Assembly: GCA_965204735.1 (NCBI GenBank)
Contig: OZ242008.1
Coordinates: 3,712,001 to 3,776,000, forward strand
Source: Longimicrobiales bacterium
Lineage (GTDB): Bacteria > Gemmatimonadota > Gemmatimonadetes > Longimicrobiales > Gaopeijiaceae
Length of the DNA: 64,000 nucleotides
Direction of reading: 5' to 3'
How positions within the stretch are numbered: the stretch's first letter is position 1; each line of letters begins with the position of its first letter. The translations under genes and the position numbers were made by a program. Under the pieces are notes generated by a model. The model was not told where the DNA came from and searched no databases. It worked only from the letters and a program-made list of their open reading frames with translations. Below, piece by piece: positions 1 to 15,067 of this stretch.

Positions 1-49
1 ATGCCGCCAGCTTCTGGTACCGACGTGGCGTGAAGGGATCTCGGGAAAG

Positions 50-137
50 TGGTGGCAAAACGGTAGCAATATGGAGGCACTATGGTAGTAAAATGGTGGC
101 ATTCTGGTGGTAGAATGGTGGTAAAACGGTAGCAAGG
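50..137. repeat. 8 x 11-bp degenerate tandem repeat (YGGTRGYANNN)
   Basis: Units read directly: tggtggcaaaa, cggtagcaata, tggaggcacta, tggtagtaaaa, tggtggcattc, tggtggtagaa, tggtggtaaaa, cggtagcaagg. Confidence 0.85.
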
Positions 138-735
138 CGCTGGCTCCAGGCGAACCAGTACGCCGCGAGGCGTGGCGAAGTGCACCCGGATCGTCCTGCC
201 GGCGGGCGAGGCTCGGGGCGAACCGTCATATCGCCAAGGAAAGCCGCCGTCCGTCCCCGTCTGCGGGCTCAGGACGAGGCTCTGCACCGCTCGGGACCGG
301 TCCCGTTGGAGTGAACGGCGCGGTGCTCCCGTTTGGCCACGGCTTGGCCACGCTGGTGCGGAAGTGCGCGCGACGGGCGATTCCTTCCCGGCCTCGGCGT
401 CGCCGACCGGACCACCCCAAGGCCTTGGCCATCAGGTGGCGGCCGCCATGCCAGAAGCGCAGCTCGCCCGAAAGATGCCCCTCAACGACGACGGGGGAGC
501 CCGGCGGGACCTAGCGGCCTCCGCGTCGCAGACCGTGACGCCGCCCTCGGACGGTCGTGAAGTAGGACCGGACATTCTAAATTGGTACGGCAGTGGCTTC
601 GGATAAGGGGTTGTGGCGGACGCATGGAGTCAGGTATCTTGCGGTAGCGCACCTCGAACCTTCCGGGATGGAGCATCAGACATGAGCGACACGTTCGGCT
701 GGCGCGGGCACCCTACCACTCGAAGGCGAGGAGAG

Positions 736-1224
736 GTGTCAATCTCGTACACGGATCAACAGATCATGGAGATGCTGGCGGAGCGCAAGCAGCCTTCAGT
801 TGACACCTGTCGTCCGCTCAGCCTTACGCGCAAGCGCATCCACAACGAACGGAATCTTGATCTTCAAGGCGACTCGGGAGCGAAGTACCGGCTGATTCTG
901 CGACAGAATACGAGCAATGCCCTTGACTTCTCTGTTATTCTTGCTCGAGAGTTGCCCGGGTCCGGCGATGTGTTTCGTCTCATGAGGCACAATGGCAAAA
1001 GCCATGAGCACAAGAACAAGATCGAAGGCAACGTTGTCTACGGCCATCACATCCATTGTGCTACGGAGAGATACCAGAAACATGGCTTCGACGAAGATGG
1101 CTATGCGGAAGCAACGGATCGGTATAGCACCCTTGACGAAGCTGTCGACTGCATGATCAAGAACGGCAACATCACCATCCTTCCGGCCGTTCAACGGGAA
1201 CTATTCTGGGAGCCTCCTAAATGA
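736..1224 (+). CDS. DUF6978-like protein (His-rich HxN...HxH motif)
   Basis: GTG at 736 after a GAGGAG-like RBS; motif [11 protein letters not shown]...[14 protein letters not shown] overlap with the DUF1828 gene. Confidence 0.6.
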   Translation: MSISYTDQQIMEMLAERKQPSVDTCRPLSLTRKRIHNERNLDLQGDSGAKYRLILRQNTSNALDFSVILARELPGSGDVFRLMRHNGKSHEHKNKIEGNVVYGHHIHCATERYQKHGFDEDGYAEATDRYSTLDEAVDCMIKNGNITILPAVQRELFWEPPK

Positions 1225-2015
1225 CAAGAGAATGCATCGAGACGGATTTTAGACAGAAAGTAGCGGCAGAGATCCGCATCGCATCCGATGGTGTCGACAG
1301 ATATCGCGTATTCACGCCCTTTCAGTTCGACGACGGAGACCGCTTCTCGATCGTCTTGAAGCGAGAGAAGACGCAATGGCTGTTGTCGGACGAAGCACAC
1401 ACATACATGCACATGAGCTACGATATCGATGTCGACGAGCTGTATAGGGGTCGGCGCAAGGCACTCATAACCAAGGCACTCACGATGTTCGGCGTCGAGG
1501 ATCGAGACGGAGAACTTGTTATCGAAGTAGCTAAGCGCGATTACGGCGAATGCCTCTATTCGTTCGTACAGGCGCTGCTGAAGATTTCAGATGTATCCTA
1601 CGTGGCGCGTCCGAGAACAAAGTCTGCCTTTGCCGACGATTTTCGCGAGCTGTTGTCAGAAGTGGTTCCAGAAGACCGCCGGGACTTCGCTTGGCATGAT
1701 CAAGAGCGAGACCCGGCGGGCAAGTACACCGTTGATTGCCGGATCAATGGGACGCATCCGCCACTTGTCTTGCATGCCCTTCCCAGCGACGGCCGTACCC
1801 GCGACGCGACAATCACGCTGCTGACGTTCGAGAAATGGAAGATGCAGTTTCGGTCGCTGGCTATTTTTGAGGACCAAGAATCAATCAGCCGAAACGTGCT
1901 GGCGCGGTTCAGCGATGTCTGCGACAAGCAGTTCTCAAGCTTGTCTGCCGGTCGCTCCCGGCTGTCTCGTTACTTGGAGCCGTACCTCGCGACGCGGGCC
2001 AGAGGCAAGCCATGA
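1221..2015 (+). CDS. DUF1828 domain protein
   Basis: N-terminal [17 protein letters not shown]...WLLSDEAHT resembles DUF1828; ATGA overlaps on both sides. Confidence 0.7.
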   Translation: MTRECIETDFRQKVAAEIRIASDGVDRYRVFTPFQFDDGDRFSIVLKREKTQWLLSDEAHTYMHMSYDIDVDELYRGRRKALITKALTMFGVEDRDGELVIEVAKRDYGECLYSFVQALLKISDVSYVARPRTKSAFADDFRELLSEVVPEDRRDFAWHDQERDPAGKYTVDCRINGTHPPLVLHALPSDGRTRDATITLLTFEKWKMQFRSLAIFEDQESISRNVLARFSDVCDKQFSSLSAGRSRLSRYLEPYLATRARGKP

Positions 2016-4462
2016 CCCACGACCAGCTCGGATGGATCGCCAACTACATCTGGGGCATCGCCGACGATGTGCTCCGGGACCTGTACGTGCGCGGCAAGTA
2101 CCGGGATGTGATCCTGCCGATGACCGTGTTGCGCCGGCTGGACGCGGTGCTGGAGCCGACCAAGAAAGCCGTGCTGGAGCGGAAGGCCGTGCTGGACGAG
2201 GCCGGGGTCGCCAACCAGGACGGCGGACTGCGCGCGGCGGCGGGCCAGGCGTTCTACAACACCTCGGCCTTCACCATGCAGGACCTGAAGGCGCGGGCCA
2301 GCCAGCAGCGGCTGCGGGCGGACTTCGAGGCGTACTTGGACGGATTCTCGCCCAACGTCCAGGAGATCATTGAGAACTTCGAGTTCCGCAACCAAGTCCC
2401 GCGACTGTCCAAGGCGGACGCGCTGGGCTCGCTGATCGAGAAGCTGACTTCGCCCGACGTGAACCTGGGGCCGGGGCCGGTGCTCAAGTCCGACGGGACG
2501 GTCAGGCGGCCCGGCCTCGACAACCACGGCATGGGTACGATCTTCGAGGAGCTGGTGCGGCGCTTCAACGAGGAGAACAACGAGGAGGCCGGCGAGCACT
2601 GGACGCCGCGCGACGCCGTGAAGCTGATGGCCAAGCTCGTCTTCCTGCCGGTGGCGGACGAGGTCGCGCCCGGCACCTACCTGCTCTACGACGGAGCGTG
2701 TGGGACCGGCGGAATGCTGACCGTGGCCGAGGATACGTTGCAGGCGCTGGCCGAGGAGCGCGGCAAGAAGGTGGCCACGCACCTGTACGGCCAGGAGATC
2801 AACGCCGAGACCTATGCGATCTGCAAGGCCGACCTGCTTCTGAAGGGCGAAGGCGAGGCGGCGGACAACATCGTGGGCGGCCCCGAGCACTCCACCTTGT
2901 CCAACGACGCCTTCTCGGACAAGGAGTTCGACTTCATGCTGTCGAACCCGCCCTACGGGAAGAGCTGGAAGAGCGACTTGCAGCGCATGGGCGGCAAGCG
3001 GGAGATGCGCGACCCCCGCTTCGTGATCCAGCACGGCGACAACCCCGAGTTCTCCCTGGCGACGCGCGTCAACGACGGCCAGATGCTCTTCCTCGCCAAC
3101 ATGCTGAGCAAGATGAAGCGGGGCACGGCGCTGGGCAGCCGCATCGCCGAGGTCCACAACGGCAGCTCGCTCTTCACCGGCGGCGCGGGCCAGGGCGAGA
3201 GCAACATCCGCCAGTGGATCATCGAGAACGACTGGCTGGAAGCGATCGTCGCGCTGCCCCTGAACATGTTCTACAACACCGACATCGCGACCTACATCTG
3301 GGTCCTGTCCAACCGCAAGCCCGAGCACCGCGTCGGCAAGGTGCAGCTCATCGACGCCACCCAGTGGTTCACGCCCTTGCGGAAGAACCTGGGCAAGAAG
3401 AACTGCGAGCTGTCGGACGAAGACATCCATCGCGTGAGCGACGTGTTCTTGGCGTTCGAGGAGACGGAGGAGTCGAAGATCTTCGCCAACGACGCCTTCG
3501 GATACGAGAAGGTGACGGTGGAGCGGCCGCTGCGGATCGCCGGAGTCGAGCCGGAGCGCGTCTACAAGGCGGCGGAGATCAAGCGCCTGAAGGAGGAGGG
3601 GGAGCGGGACCCGGAGGCCGCGCCGGTGATTCGGCGGGCCTGGAAGAAAGGCGTGGAACCTGACCCGCTGGCGGGCCGGTTCGAGGCGGACGTGGACGGT
3701 GCGCCGGTAGTCGTGGAGTACGAGCCGGACCCCGACCTGCGCGACACCGAACAGGTCCCGCTGACCGAGGACGGCGGCGTGGAGAGCTTCGTGCGCCGGG
3801 AGGTCCTGCCCTACGCGCCCGACTCCTGGTACCGGGCCGACTCGGTGAAGACGGGCTACGAGATCAACTTCACCCGGCACTTCTACAAGCCGAAGCCGAT
3901 GCGGTCGCTTACGGAGATTCGGGCGGACATCCTGGCCACCCGGCGTCAGGCGGACGCACTGCTGGCGAGCCTAGTCGCCGAGCCCCGGCCGATGCCCTAC
4001 GGGGCGGAATTGCGGGTCTACGTGGATACCAGCGTCGTGGGCGGGTGCTTCGACGAGGAGTTCCGGGAGCCCTCGCGCCGGTTGTTCGAGGCGTTCACTC
4101 GGGGGGACCACACGCTGCTTCTGTCGTACCTCACCGCCACCGAGGTGGAAGGCGCGAGACAAGCGGTCCAAGACGTCCTGGAGCAGGTGCCCGACGCGCA
4201 CATTGAGGAGATCGAGCCGTCGGACGACGCCGATAGTCTCGCTCTTGCCTATATTGATGCAGGTGCCTTGGCCCCGTCGATGAAGGCTGACGCCCAGCAC
4301 ATCGCGCTCGCCACGTTGGGCGAGGCCGACATCTTGGTCAGCTGGAACTTCAAGCACATCGTGAACGCCCGACGGATCCAGATCTGCAACTCCGTGAACA
4401 TCGTCCAAGGACGCCAATCCATCGACATCCGCTCACCACGGGAGATCGAGTACCATGACTGA
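2012..4462 (+). CDS. hsdM: Type I RM methyltransferase HsdM with C-terminal PIN domain fusion
   Basis: [12 protein letters not shown]-terminus; [11 protein letters not shown] motif [11 protein letters not shown]; catalytic [15 protein letters not shown] near the normal C-terminus, then in-frame [11 protein letters not shown]...DAQHIA...VSWNFKH (PIN). Confidence 0.92.
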   Translation: MTHDQLGWIANYIWGIADDVLRDLYVRGKYRDVILPMTVLRRLDAVLEPTKKAVLERKAVLDEAGVANQDGGLRAAAGQAFYNTSAFTMQDLKARASQQRLRADFEAYLDGFSPNVQEIIENFEFRNQVPRLSKADALGSLIEKLTSPDVNLGPGPVLKSDGTVRRPGLDNHGMGTIFEELVRRFNEENNEEAGEHWTPRDAVKLMAKLVFLPVADEVAPGTYLLYDGACGTGGMLTVAEDTLQALAEERGKKVATHLYGQEINAETYAICKADLLLKGEGEAADNIVGGPEHSTLSNDAFSDKEFDFMLSNPPYGKSWKSDLQRMGGKREMRDPRFVIQHGDNPEFSLATRVNDGQMLFLANMLSKMKRGTALGSRIAEVHNGSSLFTGGAGQGESNIRQWIIENDWLEAIVALPLNMFYNTDIATYIWVLSNRKPEHRVGKVQLIDATQWFTPLRKNLGKKNCELSDEDIHRVSDVFLAFEETEESKIFANDAFGYEKVTVERPLRIAGVEPERVYKAAEIKRLKEEGERDPEAAPVIRRAWKKGVEPDPLAGRFEADVDGAPVVVEYEPDPDLRDTEQVPLTEDGGVESFVRREVLPYAPDSWYRADSVKTGYEINFTRHFYKPKPMRSLTEIRADILATRRQADALLASLVAEPRPMPYGAELRVYVDTSVVGGCFDEEFREPSRRLFEAFTRGDHTLLLSYLTATEVEGARQAVQDVLEQVPDAHIEEIEPSDDADSLALAYIDAGALAPSMKADAQHIALATLGEADILVSWNFKHIVNARRIQICNSVNIVQGRQSIDIRSPREIEYHD

Positions 4463-4673
4463 ACCTACGGAGAAGAAGCCATTCAGCTACGTCAAGCACC
4501 TGCGCGAGATCCGAGATCGGATCAACAAGGAGCTCGAACACATGACGCCCGAGGAGGCCCATCAATGGCACCAGTCTCGGGAGTACAAGAACCCGAAACT
4601 GCGTCGGCTGATGTCAAGGGCCAAGCAGCCGTCGCCGTCGCGCACACAACAATCGGCAGACGACGATGGCTGA
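4455..4673 (+). CDS. small helical antitoxin-like protein (SYVKHLREIR family, copy 1)
   Basis: 72 aa, overlaps the hsdM-PIN stop; paralogous to the N-terminus of 4666-5406 and to 5399-5620. Confidence 0.7.
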   Translation: MTEPTEKKPFSYVKHLREIRDRINKELEHMTPEEAHQWHQSREYKNPKLRRLMSRAKQPSPSRTQQSADDDG

Positions 4674-5406
4674 TTCCGCCGGCAAGCGTTCCTTCAGCTA
4701 CGTCAAGCACCTCCGCGAGATACGAGACCGCATGGGCAAGGAGATAGAGCACATGACGGTCGACGAAATCGGTCGTTGGCGCCGTTCCCAGGAATACAGG
4801 GACCCCATGCTGCGAGCGTTGATGGCGGATGCCAAGCCACCGTCGCCGAACATGGCGCGAATCCGAAGGAGCGTCCTCGAGGGACGGCGAAGGGTTGATG
4901 CTCTACTGGCGTCCCTTGTGGCCGAACCCTCGCCGCCTCTGTACGGCACACGCCTCCGCGTGTACGTTGACACCAGCGTAGTTGGCGGTTGTGTCGATCC
5001 GGAGTTTCAGGAGTTCTCCCGGCGACTGTTCCACGCCTTCGTTCGTGGCGAACACACGCTAGTCCTGTCGAAGCTCGTCCTCCGCGAACTGGCGGGGGCT
5101 CCGCCACGCGTACGAGCGGTGCTTTCGCACGTACCCGTCGCTCACACCGAGAGTCTGGAAGTTACCAGGGAAGTCGAACAGTTGGCCAACGCCTATATTG
5201 AAGCGGGTGCTCTGGCCCGTTCAATGCAATCCGACGCCCAGCACATCGCGCTGGCCACGTTGGCCGAGGTCGACCGCTTGGTCAGCTGGAACTTCAAGCA
5301 CATTGCCAATCCCCGGCGGCTTGCCGTATGCAACTCCGTCAACGTCGTCCGAGGCTATCCGTCCATAGAGGTTTGCACGCCAGAGGAGATCGCATACAGT
5401 GACTAG
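4666..5406 (+). CDS. antitoxin-like module + HsdM-terminal-helix copy + PIN (VapC-like) domain
   Basis: FSYVKHLREIRDR N-terminus; linker [15 protein letters not shown] motifs [28 protein letters not shown]. Confidence 0.85.
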   Translation: MADSAGKRSFSYVKHLREIRDRMGKEIEHMTVDEIGRWRRSQEYRDPMLRALMADAKPPSPNMARIRRSVLEGRRRVDALLASLVAEPSPPLYGTRLRVYVDTSVVGGCVDPEFQEFSRRLFHAFVRGEHTLVLSKLVLRELAGAPPRVRAVLSHVPVAHTESLEVTREVEQLANAYIEAGALARSMQSDAQHIALATLAEVDRLVSWNFKHIANPRRLAVCNSVNVVRGYPSIEVCTPEEIAYSD

Positions 5407-5620
5407 CCCAACAAGACCTCCGTCCATCAGCTACGTAAAGCTCCTCCGCGAAATCAGGAACCGCATCAACGAAGAAATCGCAGACATGACCATCGACGAA
5501 CGCCTACGCTGGCACGAATCTCAGGACTACGGAGGCGACCCGACACTCGAGGCCCTGGCGGCGAGGGCCAAGCCGCCGAAGCCCCCCTCCCCGCGGAAAC
5601 CGACGGAACAGGACGAATGA
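5399..5620 (+). CDS. small helical antitoxin-like protein (copy 3)
   Basis: SISYVKLLREIRNRINEEIADMT; overlaps the PIN gene stop and the hsdS start. Confidence 0.7.
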   Translation: MTSPTRPPSISYVKLLREIRNRINEEIADMTIDERLRWHESQDYGGDPTLEALAARAKPPKPPSPRKPTEQDE

Positions 5621-6525
5621 TTCCGCCGAGGTTCCGCCCATCTGGAGCTGCGATGAGCAGTGCGACGCCAAGCGAGCCTGTCAGTTACGCCAAGTCCAGA
5701 GCTGTAGGACCTGATGGCAAGGGCCAAGTCCCCGAAGGCTCCCCGACCATGGGGGCCGGAGGACTACGAAGAGTGACGTCACGGGTGGGCCGGGAACGGC
5801 CACGGTCCGCGAGGGCAAGAGCGACCGTCGCTAGCCAGCAACACGGGCTTCTTCCTTATCCGGAGTACAAGCCAAGTGGCGTGGAACGACCAGCGGAGGT
5901 GCCGGAACATTGGGAGGTAAGGCGACTGAAGTACGTTTGCAGACTACACTATGGTGACACCTTGTCGTCTGGCGATCGCGTTGCCCACGGTGACGTTCCC
6001 GTATATGGTTCCAACGGTCCAATCGGTGTTCACTCAGTAGCCAACACATCTGCACCGTGTGTGATCATCGGCAGGAAGGGGTCATATGGCAAGGTTGCGT
6101 ACTCGGAGATACCAACATTCGCAATAGACACAACCTACTATGTCGACTATCGGCATACCGACGCAGACATTAGATGGCTCTATTATGTGTTGGCAACCGC
6201 GGATTTGGATCAGGTATCGCGAGATTCTGCTATTCCTGGTCTGAATCGGACGGACGCCGACAATCGCATCTGCTTGTATCCTCCGTTACGTGAACAGCGC
6301 GGCATTGCGCGCTACCTCAATTGCGAGACCGCAAAAATCGACGCCCTGATCCAGCTCTTGACGGTGTCTTCGACCCACGGTGTTGTTCCGCGAACAGCCC
6401 CGGATGTGTCCGTAACCATGTTCGACCTGCTTCGCGAGTACAGAACCCGTCTGATATCCGACGTGGTGACCGGGAAGGTGGACGTCCGAGCAATCACCGG
6501 CGTGGACGAGGAGACCGCGAATTGA
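5617..6525 (+). CDS. hsdS: Type I RM specificity subunit, half-size (single TRD); start uncertain
   Basis: YPEYKPSGV..EVPEHWEVRRLK; one TRD; PPLREQRGIARYL; LLREYRTRLISDVVTGKVDV. Confidence 0.85.
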   Translation: MIPPRFRPSGAAMSSATPSEPVSYAKSRAVGPDGKGQVPEGSPTMGAGGLRRVTSRVGRERPRSARARATVASQQHGLLPYPEYKPSGVERPAEVPEHWEVRRLKYVCRLHYGDTLSSGDRVAHGDVPVYGSNGPIGVHSVANTSAPCVIIGRKGSYGKVAYSEIPTFAIDTTYYVDYRHTDADIRWLYYVLATADLDQVSRDSAIPGLNRTDADNRICLYPPLREQRGIARYLNCETAKIDALIQLLTVSSTHGVVPRTAPDVSVTMFDLLREYRTRLISDVVTGKVDVRAITGVDEETAN

Positions 6526-7178
6526 GCGCGACGGAGCATGTGGCCCTCGTGGATCAGCTGCGCCGTCGGTCTTCCGATATGGAATGGCTGGAGTTCAAAC
6601 GAAGCCATTGCGCGCCTGACCAGCTGGGCCCTACTTACTTATCGGCCTTGGCGCACTCGGTCTGCCTGGAGGATCAGCCGAAGGGCTATCTGGTCCTCGG
6701 GATTGAGGACGAGACCCGCGAAGTCGCAGGGACGGACTTCAACCCGTACACGGCCAAGGGCAAGGGGAACCAGGACCTGCTTCCGTGGCTCGGGGCGGGA
6801 CTCGAGCCCAATCCGGGATTCGATGTTCACCTTCTGGATCATCCCAAGGGCCGCGTCGTCGTCTTCGAGGTCGCTCCGGCCAGGGGCCAGCCCGTGAGCT
6901 TCTACAGAACAGACTACGTACGGATTGGGAGCAGTAGGACCGAACTCTCAAAGTATCCGGACAGGGCCCAGGCTATCTGGACCCGGGAACGTGACTGGTC
7001 GGCCCAGCTCTGCAACGGAATGCGTCTTTCCGCCCTTGAGCCAGCGGCGCTGGCGAAGGCGCGCGAGCGATTCTTGGAGCGGCATCCGGCACTGCAGCAC
7101 GAAGTCCAAAGCTGGGACGACTCGACGTTTCGTCACAAGATCCGACTCCTGCCCGGCAACGTAGAAACGGCGACCCGC
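6522..7178 (+). pseudogene. Schlafen/AlbA_2-domain ATP-binding protein, truncated by IS21
   Basis: TTG overlaps the hsdS stop; EWLEFK, YLSALAH, GYLVLGIED, YVRIGS motifs; reading frame runs into the IS end at 7179. Confidence 0.7.
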
Positions 7179-7571
7179 TGTAGAGCGACAATCAGGATAA
7201 GACCCCGGCGACAATCAGGATGAGACGTCCGGGATCGTGACAGGAACGATGGCAGCGGAGGTGGAACGGGTCAAGACGAGGGGGGTTGGGCATGGGGCAA
7301 GCGAGGCGGCGGAGCAGGCGCCCATCCGGCCCAAGCGCTTGATCGCGGAGAGTTGGCCGGTCCTGTCGGAATTCGAGGCCGCTGCTGGCCGTCTAACGCG
7401 AGATCTCGAACGGACGCGACCTGGGATACCCCTGAGTTCGGGTTGTTTCATGGGACTTCCGCACGAGCGCCGGCGCCGGGGTTGCGAGTCGGAGGCGGTT
7501 GTGGAAGCGAGCCCGGGCGCCGATCAGGTGGTTGGTCGTCGGCGCGGGCGTTGGGCCGGGCAGCCGGGCGG

Positions 7572-9916
<2,345 letters not shown>

Positions 9917-10044
9917 TCACCGACGGCCGGCCTCCGAACGACAGGACCGAACCCGCGTCCGAATCCCTCGACCTCAGATCACGGCCGCCTCCGGCAGTCT
10001 CATCTTGGTTGTCGCTACCGTCTCATCTTGGTTGTCGCTCGACA

Positions 10045-11233
10045 CGAAGGGGAAGGTCGAGCGTCCGATCAGCTACGTCCGCAGCAGCTTCTTCTACGGT
10101 CGGGAGTTCGTCTCCGACGACGATCTGAACGCTCGTGCACGCCGCTGGCTCGACACGGTGGCCAACGTTCGCGTTCACGGCACGTTGAAGCAGCGTCCCG
10201 TGGTCCGCTTCGAGGACGAGCGGGGCCGGCTCCTGCCGTTGGCGCAACGGCCCTACCGCTCGGTCGTCCCGGTCGCGGCTCGGCAGGCGGCGCCGGAGTC
10301 GGGCGGTCCCGTCGTCGCGGTGGAGCGGTGGTCGCTGGCCGAGTACGCGAAGATCGCGGAGGCGGCGTCGTGAAGGCCGTGTCGCGCAGAGACCGGATCG
10401 CGGAGATGCTGGCGAACTTGAAGATGCCGGGCGCGCTCGAAGCTCTTGCCGACGTGCTGGCCCGGGTGGACGGCGGCCGAAGCGATCGAGGAGCTGCTGG
10501 CGGCGCAGATCGCGTTGCGCAACAGCCGTCGGCTGGCCACGGCGATGCGGTCGAGCCGTCTGCCGTCGGTCAAGACGCTCGAGGAGGGTTCGTGGCGCGC
10601 AAGGAGAACGTCGTGTCCTGGGCCGCCGGGCGTGGGCAAAGACGCACCTGGCGATCAGCTTGGCCGTCGCGGCGGCGTAGGGCGGTCGGCACATCTACTA
10701 CGGCATGCTCTCCGACCTGGTGGAGTCGCTGGAGGAAGCTCAGGCGGCCGGCCGCCTCAAGCAGCGGCTCAAGACGCTGACGCACCCGTCGCTGCTGGTG
10801 GTCGACGAGATCGGCTACTTGCCGGTGAGCCGGAGCGGGGCGACGCTGTTCTTCCAGCTGATTCGCCCGGCGCTACGAGCACGCCTCGACGGTGGTCACG
10901 TCGAACAAGGGGTTCGAGGAGTGGGGACGGATTCCTGGGCGACGAGGTGACGGCGGCGGCGCTGCTGGACCGACTACCAAGAGTTGGGGCCAGGACCTCG
11001 CCACGATGAACGCCGTCGCGGCATGGACGATCATGCTGGCACTGCATGCTGCAGGAACTCCGGCCCCCCGGCACCGTCGGCATGACCGACAGAGACCGCA
11101 CCCCTGCGTCCGTCCGTCACCACGCGCCGGGGTTGGAGCCCGCCCGGCCACACACTCTTGGGGACCCGACTCCGGTGGTCCGCTCCTACGTTCGGGTCCC
11201 CAAGAAGTGTGCAATTTTCGATGGCCGCTGACA
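10045..11233 (+). pseudogene. degenerate second IS21-type element (istA 3' fragment, frameshifted istB, right end)
   Basis: KGKVERPISYVR; GPPGVGK; LVVDEIGYLP; TSNKGFEEWG spread over different frames; ends ...gatggccgctgaCA. Confidence 0.82.
11156..11205. repeat. 14-bp perfect inverted repeat near the IS end
   Basis: tcttggggacccga ... tcgggtccccaaga. Confidence 0.75.
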
Positions 11234-11440
11234 CCCGACTGCGACGCCCTAACGAGCCGTCGGCAACGACGCTCGCCGTCTGGGAGGGGACAGTCGCTTC
11301 CACGTGCGGAGCGTCTCCCATTTGACAGGGCTGGCATTGTTGTGTAGGATCCCGACGGTCAACAACAGCAGGCCCCGTGTTTTCGATGGCAGGAGCGAGT
11401 CCACGTGCAGGTGACCGACGTACTAGTAAGGGAGAACGAC

Positions 11441-11920
11441 ATGGGCGAGAACGCAGCTCGGGAATCTGCTCCACGCAGCGGTCCCTCGGCATCAGACGAA
11501 GAGCCCAAACGCGACGACAACGGACTCTTTGTCCAAGAACCTGGCAAGCCCGCCCTCTGGTGGCCGATTGCTGTACTTGACGAGTGGGAGTTTGGTAAGG
11601 GTAACATTACTCTACAGTTGATGCGGGAATGTCGCCGAGCAATTGCCAGGTCCAGGATCGGCTGCACGGTGGAAATTGATGGTGACTGCAAGCTACCACG
11701 GGGCTGCGAATTGCTTGCCGAGTCTTTTAGGAGACGGGATGTACTGACATTTCGTACCAACGACAATGTTTTCGTGTTCACCGGCATAGTTGTAGCGTTC
11801 GCAGCATTTAGTCAACCACGACACAGAGAACATGTTCGCCATGGTTTTAGGGCTCCACTCGCAATTGGTATAACGTCGATTGGGCTCATGGAGTCATACG
11901 AACCCAACCCAGGAGGTTGA
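11441..11920 (+). CDS. hypothetical protein (lower GC)
   Basis: ATG after GGAG; no family recognised. Confidence 0.5.
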   Translation: MGENAARESAPRSGPSASDEEPKRDDNGLFVQEPGKPALWWPIAVLDEWEFGKGNITLQLMRECRRAIARSRIGCTVEIDGDCKLPRGCELLAESFRRRDVLTFRTNDNVFVFTGIVVAFAAFSQPRHREHVRHGFRAPLAIGITSIGLMESYEPNPGG

Positions 11921-11922
11921 TT

Positions 11923-12467
11923 ATGGAGGCCATCATCAGAATAATGAACGATATTGCGACTTTCTTTGATATCTTCGCGCAATTCAGTCGCGATTTCGTA
12001 CAATTCTTGTCAGTCATGGCTGCGATTGTATTGTGTTGTACAGGAAGAGTGCTTCGTCCCGTGTACCAAACACCGGAAGGATGTAAGAAGCGATGTGCAG
12101 GTTTTGCATTTTGGTGGAAGGTGATCGAGCCAAGCCCTTCCGGCGACCAACCCCCGTCGCTAGTCATCACCGGCCTTGTCTGGAACAGCTCGGGTGGCGG
12201 TCAATTTCATATTGGTAAGCACAGCTTCGATGTAATCGCTGGCGCACCACAAGAATACAGTCACTTAGTCCACAAATTCAGCATTGGCTACCTCCTGCTT
12301 AAGGACCTTACGGTCCGTAAGCCGACCGTGGTATCTGCCTCCGGCAGTTCACCCCGGCTGGATCAGACACACGACTTCAAAGAGGAAGCACGAGTAGAAA
12401 CTGGGCCGTCCCGCGACAACTCCGGCGCCACCACGACACCCGACGATGTGAGCGGCCTCGAGTCCCA

Positions 12468-12471
<4 letters not shown>
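11923..12471 (+). CDS. hypothetical protein with hydrophobic N-terminal segment
   Basis: AGGAGG RBS at 11911; FVQFLSVMAAIVLCC segment; AT-richer sequence. Confidence 0.5.
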
Positions 12472-14867
<2,396 letters not shown>

Positions 14868-15067
14868 ATTTGCGAGCACTACACTGCACACAACAGCGGA
14901 CCCGTAGTGCGAACAAACAATACAGCGATGCGTCGGCAACTCTGGTTCACCGGGGAGTAGCGGTGACCGGCGACGACAAAGCTCTTCTTGAGTGGATTGC
15001 TGAGCCTCGGCAGCTTGGCATGGAGACTCTGGACGACTTTGTTGGTGGCATTGGAGCTGTTCCATGA
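14868..15067 (+). pseudogene. C-terminal remnant of a gene coupled to the SLOG gene
   Basis: ...TLVHRGVAVTGDDKALLEWIAEPRQLGMETLDDFVGGIGAVP*, with ATGA overlap at 15064-15067. Confidence 0.45.

Noticed and set aside
50..137. CRISPR array
   Set aside because: Units are contiguous 11-mers with no spacers, and there are no cas genes
560..620. Possible IS end (gtaggaccggacattctaaattggtacggcagtgg...)
   Set aside because: No partner inverted repeat or transposase seen
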